A program made the position numbers and the translations under genes. From an uncultured Methanosarcinaceae archaeon (GTDB taxonomy: Archaea; Halobacteriota; Methanosarcinia; Methanosarcinales; Methanosarcinaceae): a stretch of DNA of 64,000 nt. Positions 22,478 to 33,288 of the stretch are shown one piece after another. The notes beneath the pieces were generated by a model. That model ran no database searches. It saw only the letters and a list, made by a program, of their open reading frames with translations, and was not told the DNA's origin. The stretch's first letter is position 1, and every line of letters begins with the position of its first letter. Location of the stretch: the NCBI GenBank assembly GCA_963847185.1, contig CAWJYV010000002.1, forward strand, positions 64,001 to 128,000, written 5' to 3'.

Positions 22478-22900
22478 TTATTGCTTATTTGCGTTTTCAT
22501 TAGTATTTTCATTATCTCTTCTTTCGGCTCTATGTTTATGGAGAGCCATTTCTATATTACTGTGCAGATCTTCTTCCTTAAAAGGTTTTGAGATATATCC
22601 TGCAGGTTCTGTTGTTTTTGCCCTCTCTAGAGTCTCATCATCAGTATAGGCAGTCAGATAGAGGACTGGAATTCTAAGTCGGTTTTTAATCTCACGGGCA
22701 GCCTCAATTCCATCCATGTCCCCTTTTAACATGATATCCATCAGAACAAGGTCTGCATTCGTAAGCTCTGCTTTTCTTATAGCTTCCTCACCGGTAGATG
22801 CGGTACCAGGCACAGTGTAGCCAAGATTTTTCAATTTATTCCTTATATTAAGAGCCACAATATTCTGGTCTTCGACAACCAGAATTTTTGCTTTTTTCAT
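22478..22900 (-). CDS. Single-domain response regulator (receiver)
   Basis: ILVVED, LVLMDI, YLTAY, YISKPF. Confidence 0.92.
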   Translation of the reverse strand: MKKAKILVVEDQNIVALNIRNKLKNLGYTVPGTASTGEEAIRKAELTNADLVLMDIMLKGDMDGIEAAREIKNRLRIPVLYLTAYTDDETLERAKTTEPAGYISKPFKEEDLHSNIEMALHKHRAERRDNENTNENANKQ

Positions 22901-22917
22901 TGTATCTCCCCTTGATA

Positions 22918-23960
22918 TTAGATATCCATTTCCGGATAATTAGTTGTTTTCCTTAAATAGATTTTGAAAGCTGTTCCTGAACTTTTTTCAAGTAAGGTTG
23001 TACCTTTCAGTTGCTCAATAAGAATATTTACGAGTTGCAGGCCCACAGAGCTTGTATTCCTGAGATCAATTTTTCCGGAAAACCCAACCCATTGTCCGAA
23101 ACTACCAGTCAATATTGAGTACTTTTGTCAACTGAGCTCTTAAAACCAATATTATTGGTAATATTACTTATATTTTTATTGACATTACTTCCCTCGTTTT
23201 TGGAGAGTTATACGAATTTCCCCTTTTCTTCCTGGAGGAAATGCATGTTTCGGAGAGTTGGATACGAGTTAATTGATAATTATTCTTAAAGGCACTGCTG
23301 TATCCATCTACAGAGAAACCTCTACGAGATCAAGTTACATCCTGACATCACCTTCTTTGACAGTATGAGGCCAAAAAAGGTCTGTTGCCAGTTCTTTTTA
23401 TCTGGCCGTGCATAGATTGCAACCTACAAAATTCTCTTTTGTCGCTATATCCGAGGCTTCTGGATAATTTCGCGAATCCACCTTACTTTTCCATACTCTG
23501 TTTTATACGGTATTCATACTCTATAAGCAGTGGAGGATCATTTATTAGTCTACCCCCTATTTTCAAAAAGTCTTTTCCTGTTTTCAGGAAGGAAAATCTG
23601 ATGCCAATCTATCCTTCCATAAATGAGGCCCTTCTGCTTTGGATCCTGTTATTTCCCCCACACTCCCGCCAACAGAAATTGGGGTAGAATCGAATTCCAT
23701 CTGGAGGGCAATTATCCTGGAATTTTTCATAAACTACTTCTCTGCATGGGTTGCGAAAATAAAAGGGAAAAAGAGGTTACATAGAATAGGAAGTTGTGAG
23801 ATAAATAGGAAGTATAAGAAAGAAAAGTCATCAATGCTACCTGGAGAGTAACACAAAATAAATCTTTTTTCGGGGCTTGAAAAGAAATTACATGGGATTT
23901 TTGTGGCCAGAGGAACAATAACCTCTGGCCATCTGAGGGGGTTATTCTAGCGTGGGACAA
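22918..23960 (-). pseudogene. Decayed sensor histidine kinase (HisKA_2/HATPase type, probably with PAS domains)
   Basis: Broken fragments MDTAVPLRIIIN*LVSNSPKHAFP.GRKGEIRI and SVGLQLVNILIEQLKG...GTAFKI. The upstream boundary is approximate. Confidence 0.7.
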
Positions 23961-24599
23961 ACCACACTATTTTTTAAAAAGAGTTAATTCTATAAATTAT
24001 TTTGCTATTTTTACACAGTTATAATTTAGATTTCAATCAAAAAACAGTATCATACAAAATTACTTGCCTTAATAAGTAAGAACTTCATGAGTTTAATATT
24101 AAAATAATGAAATAAATTAATTGCAAAGTTAGGGCTTTAAAAATATAATCTGTCATAATTATTCTTAAAAAAGTGGTAGTTATAAATTTGAACTTGAGAA
24201 CATAAAATAAAAAACAAGATCTAAAAGACTATAAAAAACAAGAAATAGAAGAGCATGAAAAAATCAAGATATAAAGGATATATATGCAGAAGTACAGAAT
24301 ACAGAATTTAAATTCTCCTGGTGGACTCTGCGGTCCTGGATACCTCATGTTTTACGATGCTGTTTTCATGTGCTTCTACACGCTTATAGTATACGGATCA
24401 GATTCTGAAACAATAAAATTATTTCTCTTTAATCCATTCAGTACTGCTTTTCTTTATGTTACGAGAGTGATCTCAAAATTGTATTTACCGAAAGTTATTT
24501 TTATATATAAAATTCATGAATTATAAAAGAAAATTATAGAAATCATTTTATAACCCATCATGGAATATTTTTCGTCACTGTCTGTTTACATAGATAACT

Positions 24600-25667
24600 T
24601 TACTTTGTTGCCCCTTTCCCTATAAATTGCCCAATGAAAAGATGGGAACCTTCTACTTTCACCATGGTTATAACAGTATTGTTTTTTGTGTCGATTACAG
24701 AGATAGTACCATCCACGTTCGCCACATATACCTTCGTTCCATCTGGTGTGACTGAAATTCCTCCCGAAGGACGGGTTCCTACAGGCACCGTGGCTATAAC
24801 AGTATTTGTGGCAGTGTCAATTACAGAGGTAGTATTGCTAAAGAAGTTGGCTACATACGCTTTTTTCCCATCTGGACTAACTGCAACTCCCCATGGCCAG
24901 GTTCCTACATCCACCGTGGCTGTAACATTGTTTGTAGATGTGTCAATTACAGAGGTAGTATTGCTAAAGAAGTTGGCTACATATGCTTTTTTCCCATCCG
25001 GACTAACTGCGATTCCCATTGGACTGGTGCCTACAGGCACCGCGGCCGTAATCTTGCTTGTTGCAGTGTCAATTACAAAAAGAGTGCTGTTTAAATTTAC
25101 ATATTCAATATAACCTGTGCTTGCCACGTACACCTTTGATCCATCCGGACTAACTGCAATTCCTGAAGGATAAATCCCTACATTCACTGTACCTGTAACA
25201 TTGTTGTTTGAGGTGTCAATTACAGAAACATTACTATTGCCGCTATTCGCCACATATACCTTCTTTCCTTTAGGATCGATTGCAACCCCAGATGGATTGG
25301 TTCCTACTTTCACCGTATCTATAACAGTATTGTTCTTTGTGTCAATTACAGAGACATCGTTACTGTTATTGTTCGCCACGTACACCTTTGATCCATCCGG
25401 ATTAACTGCAACTCCACAAGGATTGACTCCTACAGGCACTGTGGCTGTAACATTATTGTTTGCAATATCAATTACAGAGGTAGTGTTGTTGTCATAGTTA
25501 GGAATATATGCAAATGGCGCTGCACATGCTATATTTGCAAGTATTAAAAGCGTAACTAACACCATACATGAAATTCCTAGAAGAGCGCTCCCTCTGTATT
25601 TTTCGGTAAATGTCATTTCTTTTATTTTAAGACCCCTCATTTGGTGTTTGATATTATAATAAAACAT
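24600..25667 (-). CDS. YVTN-repeat beta-propeller surface protein
   Basis: About 7 repeats of P.GVAV.PDG.KVYVAN; signal peptide ending AAPFAY. The true start may be a downstream ATG. Confidence 0.9.
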   Translation of the reverse strand: MFYYNIKHQMRGLKIKEMTFTEKYRGSALLGISCMVLVTLLILANIACAAPFAYIPNYDNNTTSVIDIANNNVTATVPVGVNPCGVAVNPDGSKVYVANNNSNDVSVIDTKNNTVIDTVKVGTNPSGVAIDPKGKKVYVANSGNSNVSVIDTSNNNVTGTVNVGIYPSGIAVSPDGSKVYVASTGYIEYVNLNSTLFVIDTATSKITAAVPVGTSPMGIAVSPDGKKAYVANFFSNTTSVIDTSTNNVTATVDVGTWPWGVAVSPDGKKAYVANFFSNTTSVIDTATNTVIATVPVGTRPSGGISVTPDGTKVYVANVDGTISVIDTKNNTVITMVKVEGSHLFIGQFIGKGATK

Positions 25668-26162
25668 ATATATTGATAAATAAATAGATATACATTTAAT
25701 ATTAAAAAGAATTCAAATAAAAAGGGAGCTTTTCTAAATGTTACTCTATTCACCATAATAACCTTTTAGCTCTCAAAATATCCTCAAACTTTGAAAAGTA
25801 CTGGATCCATCAAACAAGCATTTAAGCTTAAAAGGCAGGCTATTAAAATATAAAGCGTTTATTTTCCTTTTTATATAAGCACAAAAAATTAAGTTTTAGG
25901 TAAAGTATAGCTTTCCTATGGATAACGCTTGGAACATATCCGAAAAGAATAGTAATGGTTTATTATAAAAGTTACAGAAGTTCTGTAAAGATTTGTAATA
26001 CAGATTTTTTTGTGGTCATCTGTATTGTCTATTTTAAATGAGTATGGATCAGGACATTTTTTGCATGGATCCATAATGTATCGTAATCAAAGAAAAAAGT
26101 GATAGCAACTAAGTTCTTGGTATGTATCCTGAATTCTAGCCATTTCTTATATTACGTTTGCT

Positions 26163-26214
26163 ATTTTATATTATTATTATTATTATATTATTATAATTAT
26201 TATTATTATTTATT
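26163..26214. repeat. Imperfect (TTA)n microsatellite
   Basis: About 50 bp composed almost entirely of TTA/ATT units. Confidence 0.7.
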
Positions 26215-26339
26215 TCTTTTCGAATGTGGATTTCTCGGGAAAGGTCATTAACACAGCAATCTTCCTACCTTAACGAATGTTTTGAGTAATCAAATGAATG
26301 CTGCAACTAAAGACTATAAAGTAGTAGGAGTGAGGGAGC

Positions 26340-28418
26340 ATGGACAAGAAGGGAGTAATTTATTTATTCGCCCTTAGTATCGCACTAATTAACGCTTTAA
26401 CCTTTGTGGCTTTTGGTTCTTTTGAAACTTCGATGAACAATACGAGCACTTCCGGATATGAGAACGGATTCGATCCTGGGAGCATGAATCTCTCAGTAAA
26501 ACCGGGAGACGACTTCTATGAGTATGCTGACGGATCCTGGATAAAAAGCCATCCGGTACCTGCGGACAAATCCAGATATTCTGAATTCGATATAGTAGGT
26601 GACAGAACCGAAGATCGCATTAAAGAAATCGTGGAGAGCGCAGCCAACAATACTTCTGCCCCGGAGGGAAGTCTTGAGCAGAAAATTGGTGAGTTTTACC
26701 GTGTTGGAATGGATAATGCCACCAGGGATAAGCAGCGTCTGGATCCTATCAAAGACAAATTGATGCTGATAGACACCATCTCCAACTCTTCTGATGTCCA
26801 AGCCGTATCAACGCAAATGCTGGATTATGGCATAAATCCCTTATTCTCTATGCGCGCCGTACCAGACAAGAAGAACAGTAAAGTCATAATCGTCTCCCTC
26901 GTTCAGGGAGGTCTGGGTCTTCCGGATAGAGATCTATATTTCAGACAGGACAACGTATCTAACATGACCAGAGAGATATACTTAGCTCACATAGCCAAGA
27001 TGTTCGTCTATCTGGGAGATAGCCCAAAGGTTGCTGAGGATAATGCCAAGACCGTGATGAGGATAGAGATGAGGCTTGCCAACGCATCCTTCAACAACGT
27101 AGAAGAAAATGATGTAGTCAAAACGTACAACAAAATGAGCCTTGATGAGCTTCAGGCTTTTGCCCCGGGCATTAACTGGTTCCGGCTCTTCAGTGACCTG
27201 GGTCACCCTGATGTAGTTGAGGTGAATGTAAGAACCCCGTCTTTCTTTAAGGAGCTGAGTACAGCCCTTCAGGACGAGAGTGTAGCTGACTGGAAGACCT
27301 TCCTGCGCTGGAAACTGATTTTTGCCACATCCCCTTATCTCAGCTCCGACCTGGAGGAGGAGCATTTTAGAGTCACAATGAAAACTCTCAATCAGACAAT
27401 GCAGCCCCGCTGGAAGAGAGTTATCGATGTGGAAAACCGCGCCATGGGTGAGGCAATAGGTCATATCTATGTGGATAGGTATTTTGATCCAAGCACCAAG
27501 GATAGAATGCAGGAGATAGTATCTAACCTGAAGAAGGCCTACAGAGAGAGAATTCAAAACCTTACGTGGATGGAGCCTGAAACCAAGCAGAGAGCCCTCG
27601 AGAAGCTTGAAGTCCTCGAGGTTCAAGTGGGCTACCCAGATGAATGGCTGAATTATTCGGATCTTGAAGTGAAAAATGATTCATATGTAAATAATACCTT
27701 TAGGGCCTCTAAATTCTATTTCCACCATGGTCCCATCGGCCTGGATAGGATAGGCAAGCCTGTAAATCGCAAGCTCTGGTTAATGAGCCCCCAGGAAACT
27801 AACGCCTATGCTTATCAAAGAGAGATAATTACAACCTTCCCGGCGGGCATTCTCCAGCCTCCCTTTTTAGATAAAGATGCCGATGATGCAGTCAGCTACG
27901 GTTCCATAGGTTTCATTATAGGACATGAAATGACTCACCATTTCGATAGTCAGGGAAGGAAATTCGATGCAAGTGGCAATTTGACTGATTGGTGGACACA
28001 AAAGGATGAAGATAATTTCAACAATAGCACGGGAATTCTGGTGGATGAGTACAACAAATTCGAAGTTCTTCCCGGCCTACACATCAACGGCAACCTGACC
28101 CTGACAGAGAACATAGCAGATTTTGGGGGAGTGACAATAGCCTACCACGCCTATAAACTCTCGTCAAAAGGAGAGCCGGAAACGACCGATGGATTCACTG
28201 GAGATCAGAGGTTTTTCTTAAGCTTCGCCCAGGTCTGGAGGGAATCGGACACTGAAGGATACTTGTGGACAGAAGTGCTGACCGAGCCCCACTCACCTTC
28301 CAAGTACAGGGTCAACGGAGTAGTTTTTAACATGCCTGAGTTTTACAAGGCATTCCCTAACGTGAAGCCTGGAGACAAACTATACAAGCCTGAGAGTGAG
28401 AGGCCTGTTATCTGGTAG
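26340..28418 (+). CDS. M13 family (neprilysin/PepO-like) zinc metallopeptidase, secreted
   Basis: PGDDFYEY, NAY, FPAGILQPP, HEMTH (HExxH), ENIAD, HSP..YRVNG; N-terminal signal. Confidence 0.93.
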   Translation: MDKKGVIYLFALSIALINALTFVAFGSFETSMNNTSTSGYENGFDPGSMNLSVKPGDDFYEYADGSWIKSHPVPADKSRYSEFDIVGDRTEDRIKEIVESAANNTSAPEGSLEQKIGEFYRVGMDNATRDKQRLDPIKDKLMLIDTISNSSDVQAVSTQMLDYGINPLFSMRAVPDKKNSKVIIVSLVQGGLGLPDRDLYFRQDNVSNMTREIYLAHIAKMFVYLGDSPKVAEDNAKTVMRIEMRLANASFNNVEENDVVKTYNKMSLDELQAFAPGINWFRLFSDLGHPDVVEVNVRTPSFFKELSTALQDESVADWKTFLRWKLIFATSPYLSSDLEEEHFRVTMKTLNQTMQPRWKRVIDVENRAMGEAIGHIYVDRYFDPSTKDRMQEIVSNLKKAYRERIQNLTWMEPETKQRALEKLEVLEVQVGYPDEWLNYSDLEVKNDSYVNNTFRASKFYFHHGPIGLDRIGKPVNRKLWLMSPQETNAYAYQREIITTFPAGILQPPFLDKDADDAVSYGSIGFIIGHEMTHHFDSQGRKFDASGNLTDWWTQKDEDNFNNSTGILVDEYNKFEVLPGLHINGNLTLTENIADFGGVTIAYHAYKLSSKGEPETTDGFTGDQRFFLSFAQVWRESDTEGYLWTEVLTEPHSPSKYRVNGVVFNMPEFYKAFPNVKPGDKLYKPESERPVIW

Positions 28419-28739
28419 AGTTAATGGAAAAACAAGAACAGAAAAAGGGATATTATAAGGAGGGGGCAATGGCTCCGAAGCCTTTTTATTATCTCAAATA
28501 ATCATTTTTCTATTTATGTATCGTGTACGGAAAAAATAACACTGACTGGATGTTAAGGGTATTTCACTGAAATATTGGTATTTCTGTTCAATTATCTAAA
28601 AAGACCTTTACCTTGTAAAGGATACTTTATTTCTATAAAAAAGGGAAAATAAAAGAAGATCCAAATTTTTTTGAAATCTTTCGTGAAAACTATAAACAAT
28701 ATAGAGCATTATATTTAGGACTATTAAAAAGTTTTTAAG

Positions 28740-28811
28740 TGGACTCGGCGGGATTTGAACCCGCGGCCTTTACGTTGCGAACGTAACGATCTTCCCCTGA
28801 TCTACGAGCCC
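28740..28811 (-). tRNA. tRNA-Ala (anticodon CGC)
   Basis: Reverse complement GGGCTCG...TTACG-TTCGCAA-CGTAA...GGTTCAAATCC...CGAGTCCA folds as a cloverleaf with the G3:U70 alanine identity pair. Confidence 0.95.
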
Positions 28812-28873
28812 TTTAAAAAAAAGAGACGTAAAAGATAGTTTTCCCGGACAAATGCCCGGTCACCTTTTCCTCC

Positions 28874-29143
28874 TTAAATGCGGTAGGATTCCAGAACAAG
28901 AACGTTCTCTACGCCCGGAACTTTTGCAAATACCTCTTCTACAACTTCAGATCCGCCTTCTTCGTCGTTAACTATTAATGTCACGATAAGAGCTTTCAAT
29001 CCAAAAGCGATAGGTTCTTCAACGATGTCTCCGTGAAGATCGGCTCCTGCCGGAATTACGTTCTTGAGTTTTTCTTTCAGTTCTACAAGGTCGGTATCAA
29101 CGCTTTCTGGCATGATTTTGATTTTTGTTGCAACGTCACCCAT
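28874..29143 (-). CDS. ef1b: Translation elongation factor 1-beta
   Basis: MGDV...KIMPES, EPIAFGLKAL. Confidence 0.93.
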   Translation of the reverse strand: MGDVATKIKIMPESVDTDLVELKEKLKNVIPAGADLHGDIVEEPIAFGLKALIVTLIVNDEEGGSEVVEEVFAKVPGVENVLVLESYRI

Positions 29144-29252
29144 TATTAATTCCTCTTTATTTTTATGATCCTCTTGATCAAATTTATTTCAGATTTCCGG
29201 TAGTATCTCAATGATTCAAGATCTATCTCAGGGATTCAAGATCTGCCTGAAA

Positions 29253-29423
29253 TCAGGGAGCTTTGTAGCCGCACTTGGGGCAGGTATATATGTTACCCTG
29301 CTGTCTGCAGCTTGCACATCTTCCGACTTCTGATCCACACTGAGAACAGGGGAACTTTACATAGCCTTCTTCTACAAGGCGAATTCCACATGAAGTACAG
29401 TATTCAACTTTTTGTGATGACAT
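29253..29423 (-). CDS. Small zinc-finger protein (DUF1610/HVO_2753 family)
   Basis: CTSC, FPCSQCG, RCASCR, YTCPKCG; usual position upstream of EF-1beta. Confidence 0.88.
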   Translation of the reverse strand: MSSQKVEYCTSCGIRLVEEGYVKFPCSQCGSEVGRCASCRQQGNIYTCPKCGYKAP

Positions 29424-29622
29424 TCTTTTTCTCCTTAAAGTTATTTGATATAGCAATTGAATGAGTTATCAGTGAATAAGGTGCTTTCCCGAAGCATTGA
29501 TTTTCCGTCTTCCGAGCACCTTTAATAACAGTATCAGATTTAATAAGCTGAATTTAAACGATGCTTTTTAGATACGCTTTACATACGCTTTGCTTCTTTC
29601 CTAGTCATATACGATATACGAT

Positions 29623-30291
29623 TTAAATATTCCCCTTTACCACTGTACCAAGCACAGGCTTACCATACACTGCCTGAATCACTCTTTCGGGAAATTTCCC
29701 ATTTACAATTAAGCACTCAATTTTGTTTTTCAGAAGAAACTGAGGAAGGACATGGTCAATGCAGCTTGAACAGCTTCCTGTAATATTGGAAGCAGAAATC
29801 TCTCTGACCAGCTCTCCTTCTCTTAATATTCCATCTACATCCGTAGCCTTTACAAAGATCGCACCGAGCTGCACCGCCACCCAGGCTGCAATAGTGTCAG
29901 ATGTCACATCCCATGAATGAGGTAAAGGATCTCTGGTTTTAAGAAGCCTGTAAGGAAAAAGGATAGAAACGCCCTGAGCCAGGTCCGCTATTGACTCCGT
30001 CGCTAAAGCCCTGCTTTTGTCCAGGAGATAGCAGGCGTACTGCTCCATCCCAAGTATAGCCATCCAGTGAGCTGCGTCGGCTCCGAGAGAATACATTTCG
30101 TCAGTTTCTCTTACGGCGTCAGCAAAAATTCCCCCTCCGGGCACAATGAGGACAGAGAAAGGCAGTCTTCCAGAAGCCCCAACTTCCTCAACAAAGGTAG
30201 GACTCTCTGAACCAAATTCTTTTACCAGCCTGCCCACAAGTTCAGGCGCTTCTTTGATTAAGCTCCCTCCTATTTTGACTACCACTTTCAT
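29623..30291 (-). CDS. mfnE: Amino-acid-kinase family protein, probable MfnE (methanofuran biosynthesis)
   Basis: VKIGGS, VPGGG.FAD.VR, PHSWDVTSD, TDVDG; clustered with mfnD and mfnF. Confidence 0.75.
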   Translation of the reverse strand: MKVVVKIGGSLIKEAPELVGRLVKEFGSESPTFVEEVGASGRLPFSVLIVPGGGIFADAVRETDEMYSLGADAAHWMAILGMEQYACYLLDKSRALATESIADLAQGVSILFPYRLLKTRDPLPHSWDVTSDTIAAWVAVQLGAIFVKATDVDGILREGELVREISASNITGSCSSCIDHVLPQFLLKNKIECLIVNGKFPERVIQAVYGKPVLGTVVKGNI

Positions 30292-30360
30292 AATTTTTCC
30301 TTTTCAGGCTTTTAATTACTAATATTTTCACTATTCTTTTCGTCATCAGGAACTGGAATT

Positions 30361-31335
30361 TCAGGCATCCAGAAGCCGGGCAGCAGCATATGCTGGAAAA
30401 ACCTTTGAAATCTCTTCTCCCCATTGCTCGGAAACCGAGATGAATTCAAAACCGAGTCTTTCTGCGGCCTCTTTTATCAAAAATTCTCCAAGGCCTGCAG
30501 CTGCAATTCTTTTAAGCCCGTTTCTTTCCGCAACTTCAAAAATCGCTTTAACAAGGACAGAAATCTGTTTATCCTTTACCTGGCATGCTATCTCATATAT
30601 TTCTTCTTCTGTGATTTCTGAAAGATCTGCGCAGACAAGCCTGGCAATCCTTCGCATTGCGTCCGTTTTGCTCCTGCCTGCCCCGTCAGCAGTTTCACAG
30701 GTGTACATATCTTCATTGATTTTGCCAAGTAAAAGATAAGCATCTGCAGTTGTTGCAAAGAGCTCTGAAGCAGTTCTGCACCAGCCGTTTTCGAGCTTCA
30801 CTTTTTCTAAAAGTACGGCAAGGTTTGTCCTGAGGGTGCCTGCATATACAAGTTCACTCCTGTTCAGGCGTTTAAAGTCCGTAAAGCTGGCTTTGTGCTC
30901 CCCTGAAATAATAGGGATAATATCACTTGTAGTACTGCCTACGTCTACAAAGATACAATCTCCCATATCTTTTTCTACCAGTCTGGCTGAAGCTGCCCAG
31001 TTAGCGGCTGCAAGTTCTCTTATGTTGTCAGTTCCGCACTGGAACTTCCCCATATTGTTTACATACGAAACTTTAGAAGAGCCAAACGCAGAATCAACAG
31101 CCTCTATTATAAACCGGATTCCCTGCTCTTTGTTCTCAAAGCAGTCTGCAAGTTCCCCGGTCATGACAACGGCAACCTTTTCAGGGTGAAGTCTCTGTGC
31201 TATTTCCTTTAAGACTTCAGGAAGTCGGGTATCCTTCCAGAGGGGCAGGTAGTGCAGTTCGACAAGTGTTCCGTCCGAGGAGGCAAGCTTAGTGTTTGCT
31301 CCCCCAATATCAAGCCCGATGACTTTAGAATTCAT
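30361..31335 (-). CDS. mfnF: Hydantoinase/oxoprolinase-like protein, probable MfnF
   Basis: GLDIGGANTK, MTGELAD.F, AAANW, DVGSTTSDIIP. Confidence 0.8.
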   Translation of the reverse strand: MNSKVIGLDIGGANTKLASSDGTLVELHYLPLWKDTRLPEVLKEIAQRLHPEKVAVVMTGELADCFENKEQGIRFIIEAVDSAFGSSKVSYVNNMGKFQCGTDNIRELAAANWAASARLVEKDMGDCIFVDVGSTTSDIIPIISGEHKASFTDFKRLNRSELVYAGTLRTNLAVLLEKVKLENGWCRTASELFATTADAYLLLGKINEDMYTCETADGAGRSKTDAMRRIARLVCADLSEITEEEIYEIACQVKDKQISVLVKAIFEVAERNGLKRIAAAGLGEFLIKEAAERLGFEFISVSEQWGEEISKVFPAYAAARLLDA

Positions 31336-31413
31336 TTTTATTCTTCCCTCAGAGTATTTTTCAGTTTCTCAGTTCATCCTCATTTTTCTGTTTACTTCCT
31401 ATCTTCATGGATT

Positions 31414-32373
31414 TTAGTGTCCGAAAAGTTCCCCCAGTGCATCTTTTGAAAAGCGGTATTCTCCATCAAGATTTATAGAGTCAGGAAGTTCTCCGAATTT
31501 ATTTCTCAAAAGCAGGTCCCCTATCTCCTCTCGCATAACATGGCTGATCCCGAAAAGTGAGGCTGTAGGTCTGGGATTTACGTCCACTACATAAGGAAAA
31601 TCAGCAAATACAATATCTACGCCAACATATCCGGAACAATTCAGGCATTCCACTGTAGAAATTGCAGTTTTGTAAAGTTCTTCTCTCCAGGGAGTTTGAT
31701 AAGGAGTGAGACTTCCATTGTATTTTACGCCGGAAACTGATGTTTTTTTCTCAGGCCCATCGGTTTCACTTTCTTCCTGCTCAAACTCTATGAACTGACG
31801 ATTTACCGTGAGTGGAAGCGATTTTTTCCCAGAAATGAGGCTTACGCTGAGGTGCTCTCCTTCAATATATTCGCTTGCAATAAATTCTTTATTGCTCATG
31901 AATTCAGTGACAAGATGCGTTGCCTCTGCTCCACAGCCAAATCTGGGTTTGGTAACATACTTTTTACCTTCCTCAGGCTCTTCCGCGATTTCAGGAACTT
32001 TGATTCCGGCTTTTTTCAGGATTTTCGTGCACAGAAGTTTATCCGCGCAGCAGGCTGCCGATTCAGGCGAACATCCAAGGTTTACGGTACTTTCTTCAAG
32101 AAGCCTGTTCAGTTCGGGAAGCATACAGTCAGGAGCAATAACAAGTCCGGCATCGCAGTCTTTTGCTTTTCTCTCAATTATCTGCCCGAAACTATCGGGC
32201 GTGGATTTAAGGGCAGTACCTGCACAGATCTTTAGGCCTGCAGATGGATAATACACTTCGTGCCCAAGGCGGACAAAGCTTTCTGCAAGAGTTTTCAGCA
32301 TAGCTGCCCCTTCAGGAATCAGAGACTTTTCAATGCCCGTGCCGACAGCGAATTCTGCAATCAGGATTTTCAT
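31414..32373 (-). CDS. mfnD: ATP-grasp ligase, probable tyramine-L-glutamate ligase MfnD
   Basis: EG.AML, VIAPD, KPRFGCG, GYVGVD, DVNPRPT. Confidence 0.8.
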   Translation of the reverse strand: MKILIAEFAVGTGIEKSLIPEGAAMLKTLAESFVRLGHEVYYPSAGLKICAGTALKSTPDSFGQIIERKAKDCDAGLVIAPDCMLPELNRLLEESTVNLGCSPESAACCADKLLCTKILKKAGIKVPEIAEEPEEGKKYVTKPRFGCGAEATHLVTEFMSNKEFIASEYIEGEHLSVSLISGKKSLPLTVNRQFIEFEQEESETDGPEKKTSVSGVKYNGSLTPYQTPWREELYKTAISTVECLNCSGYVGVDIVFADFPYVVDVNPRPTASLFGISHVMREEIGDLLLRNKFGELPDSINLDGEYRFSKDALGELFGH

Positions 32374-32715
32374 TCGAAAGGAAAAACCCGGGAATTTATA
32401 TATTACTTTTTGTCTGTGGAACTTGCGGCAAAAAGCAAGTAACAGGAATTATCAAAAACAAAAAAAGTAACAGGAATTGTAAAAAATAAAAGAAGAAAAC
32501 GAATTGGGGAAAAATGGGTTCAGGGATAAACTAATTGAGAGGGGTGGACCAGGGAATAAGGAAATTAAAAAAAATATACTAGAGGATATTAAGTTGAATA
32601 AAAACGGGTTAATGGATAATGAAAATAAGGGATAATATAAATCGAATGTATAAGTAAAAGTTTATATAATTCATATAGTTAATACCTTGAAAGTTATAAA
32701 TTGCAAAACATACAG

Positions 32716-33162
32716 GTGCCTGGTATTATTAACAGCAGAAACCCAAATTCTCAATCAGCGTTTGAGAACCCTTTTGTGAGAACTCTCTCTGTTAGCGGTT
32801 TTCATGGGCTATATTCCTGGTCGACATGGGGCTTGGACTTTTCGATATTTTTTTAACAAAATCAAGTCCATTGCCTTCAGCAGTCGTACTTTTGATTTTT
32901 GCAGTAATGTTTATCGCGGGTATGGTTTTTTATGAAAAACATGGACTGAGCGCCTTAAGCTCCATCATAGGGGGTGCTCTAGCGGGGTTTGGCGCTTTGT
33001 TTCGTGTTTGTTTCCCTAGTTGGCGGCGTGCAGTTTGCATTAGGAGGAGGAATTTCCGCAATTGGCTGGGATCAGGTAATTTCTTCAGTCGCGGCTTCTA
33101 TGGTTTCAAGTGTTATAATAATCAAAGTACTCTCTTATAAACTTCAAAATCAATTTTACTGA
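32716..33162 (+). pseudogene. Small multi-pass membrane protein upstream of grpE, apparently frameshifted
   Basis: Hydrophobic coding sequence continues across frame changes near 32790-32815 and near 33000; the ORF track shows only 32826-33140. Confidence 0.5.
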
Positions 33163-33288
33163 CTTCTCTTTTTTTTGTTCCTGAAGAAATGTGTATCTCT
33201 TAAATCACAGAAAAATATTTATAGAATTACAAACAATCACAGATCAGGACGAGCGTAACCGTTACAATTACTTAATGGGGATCGTATA

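Noticed and set aside
24284-24526. 80-aa plus-strand ORF
   Set aside because: No recognisable motifs; it lies in degraded DNA across the putative att repeat.
29204-29244. 20-bp tandem repeat between ef1b and the zinc-finger gene (and a 12-bp one near 14520)
   Set aside because: Only two imperfect copies; ordinary intergenic slippage.
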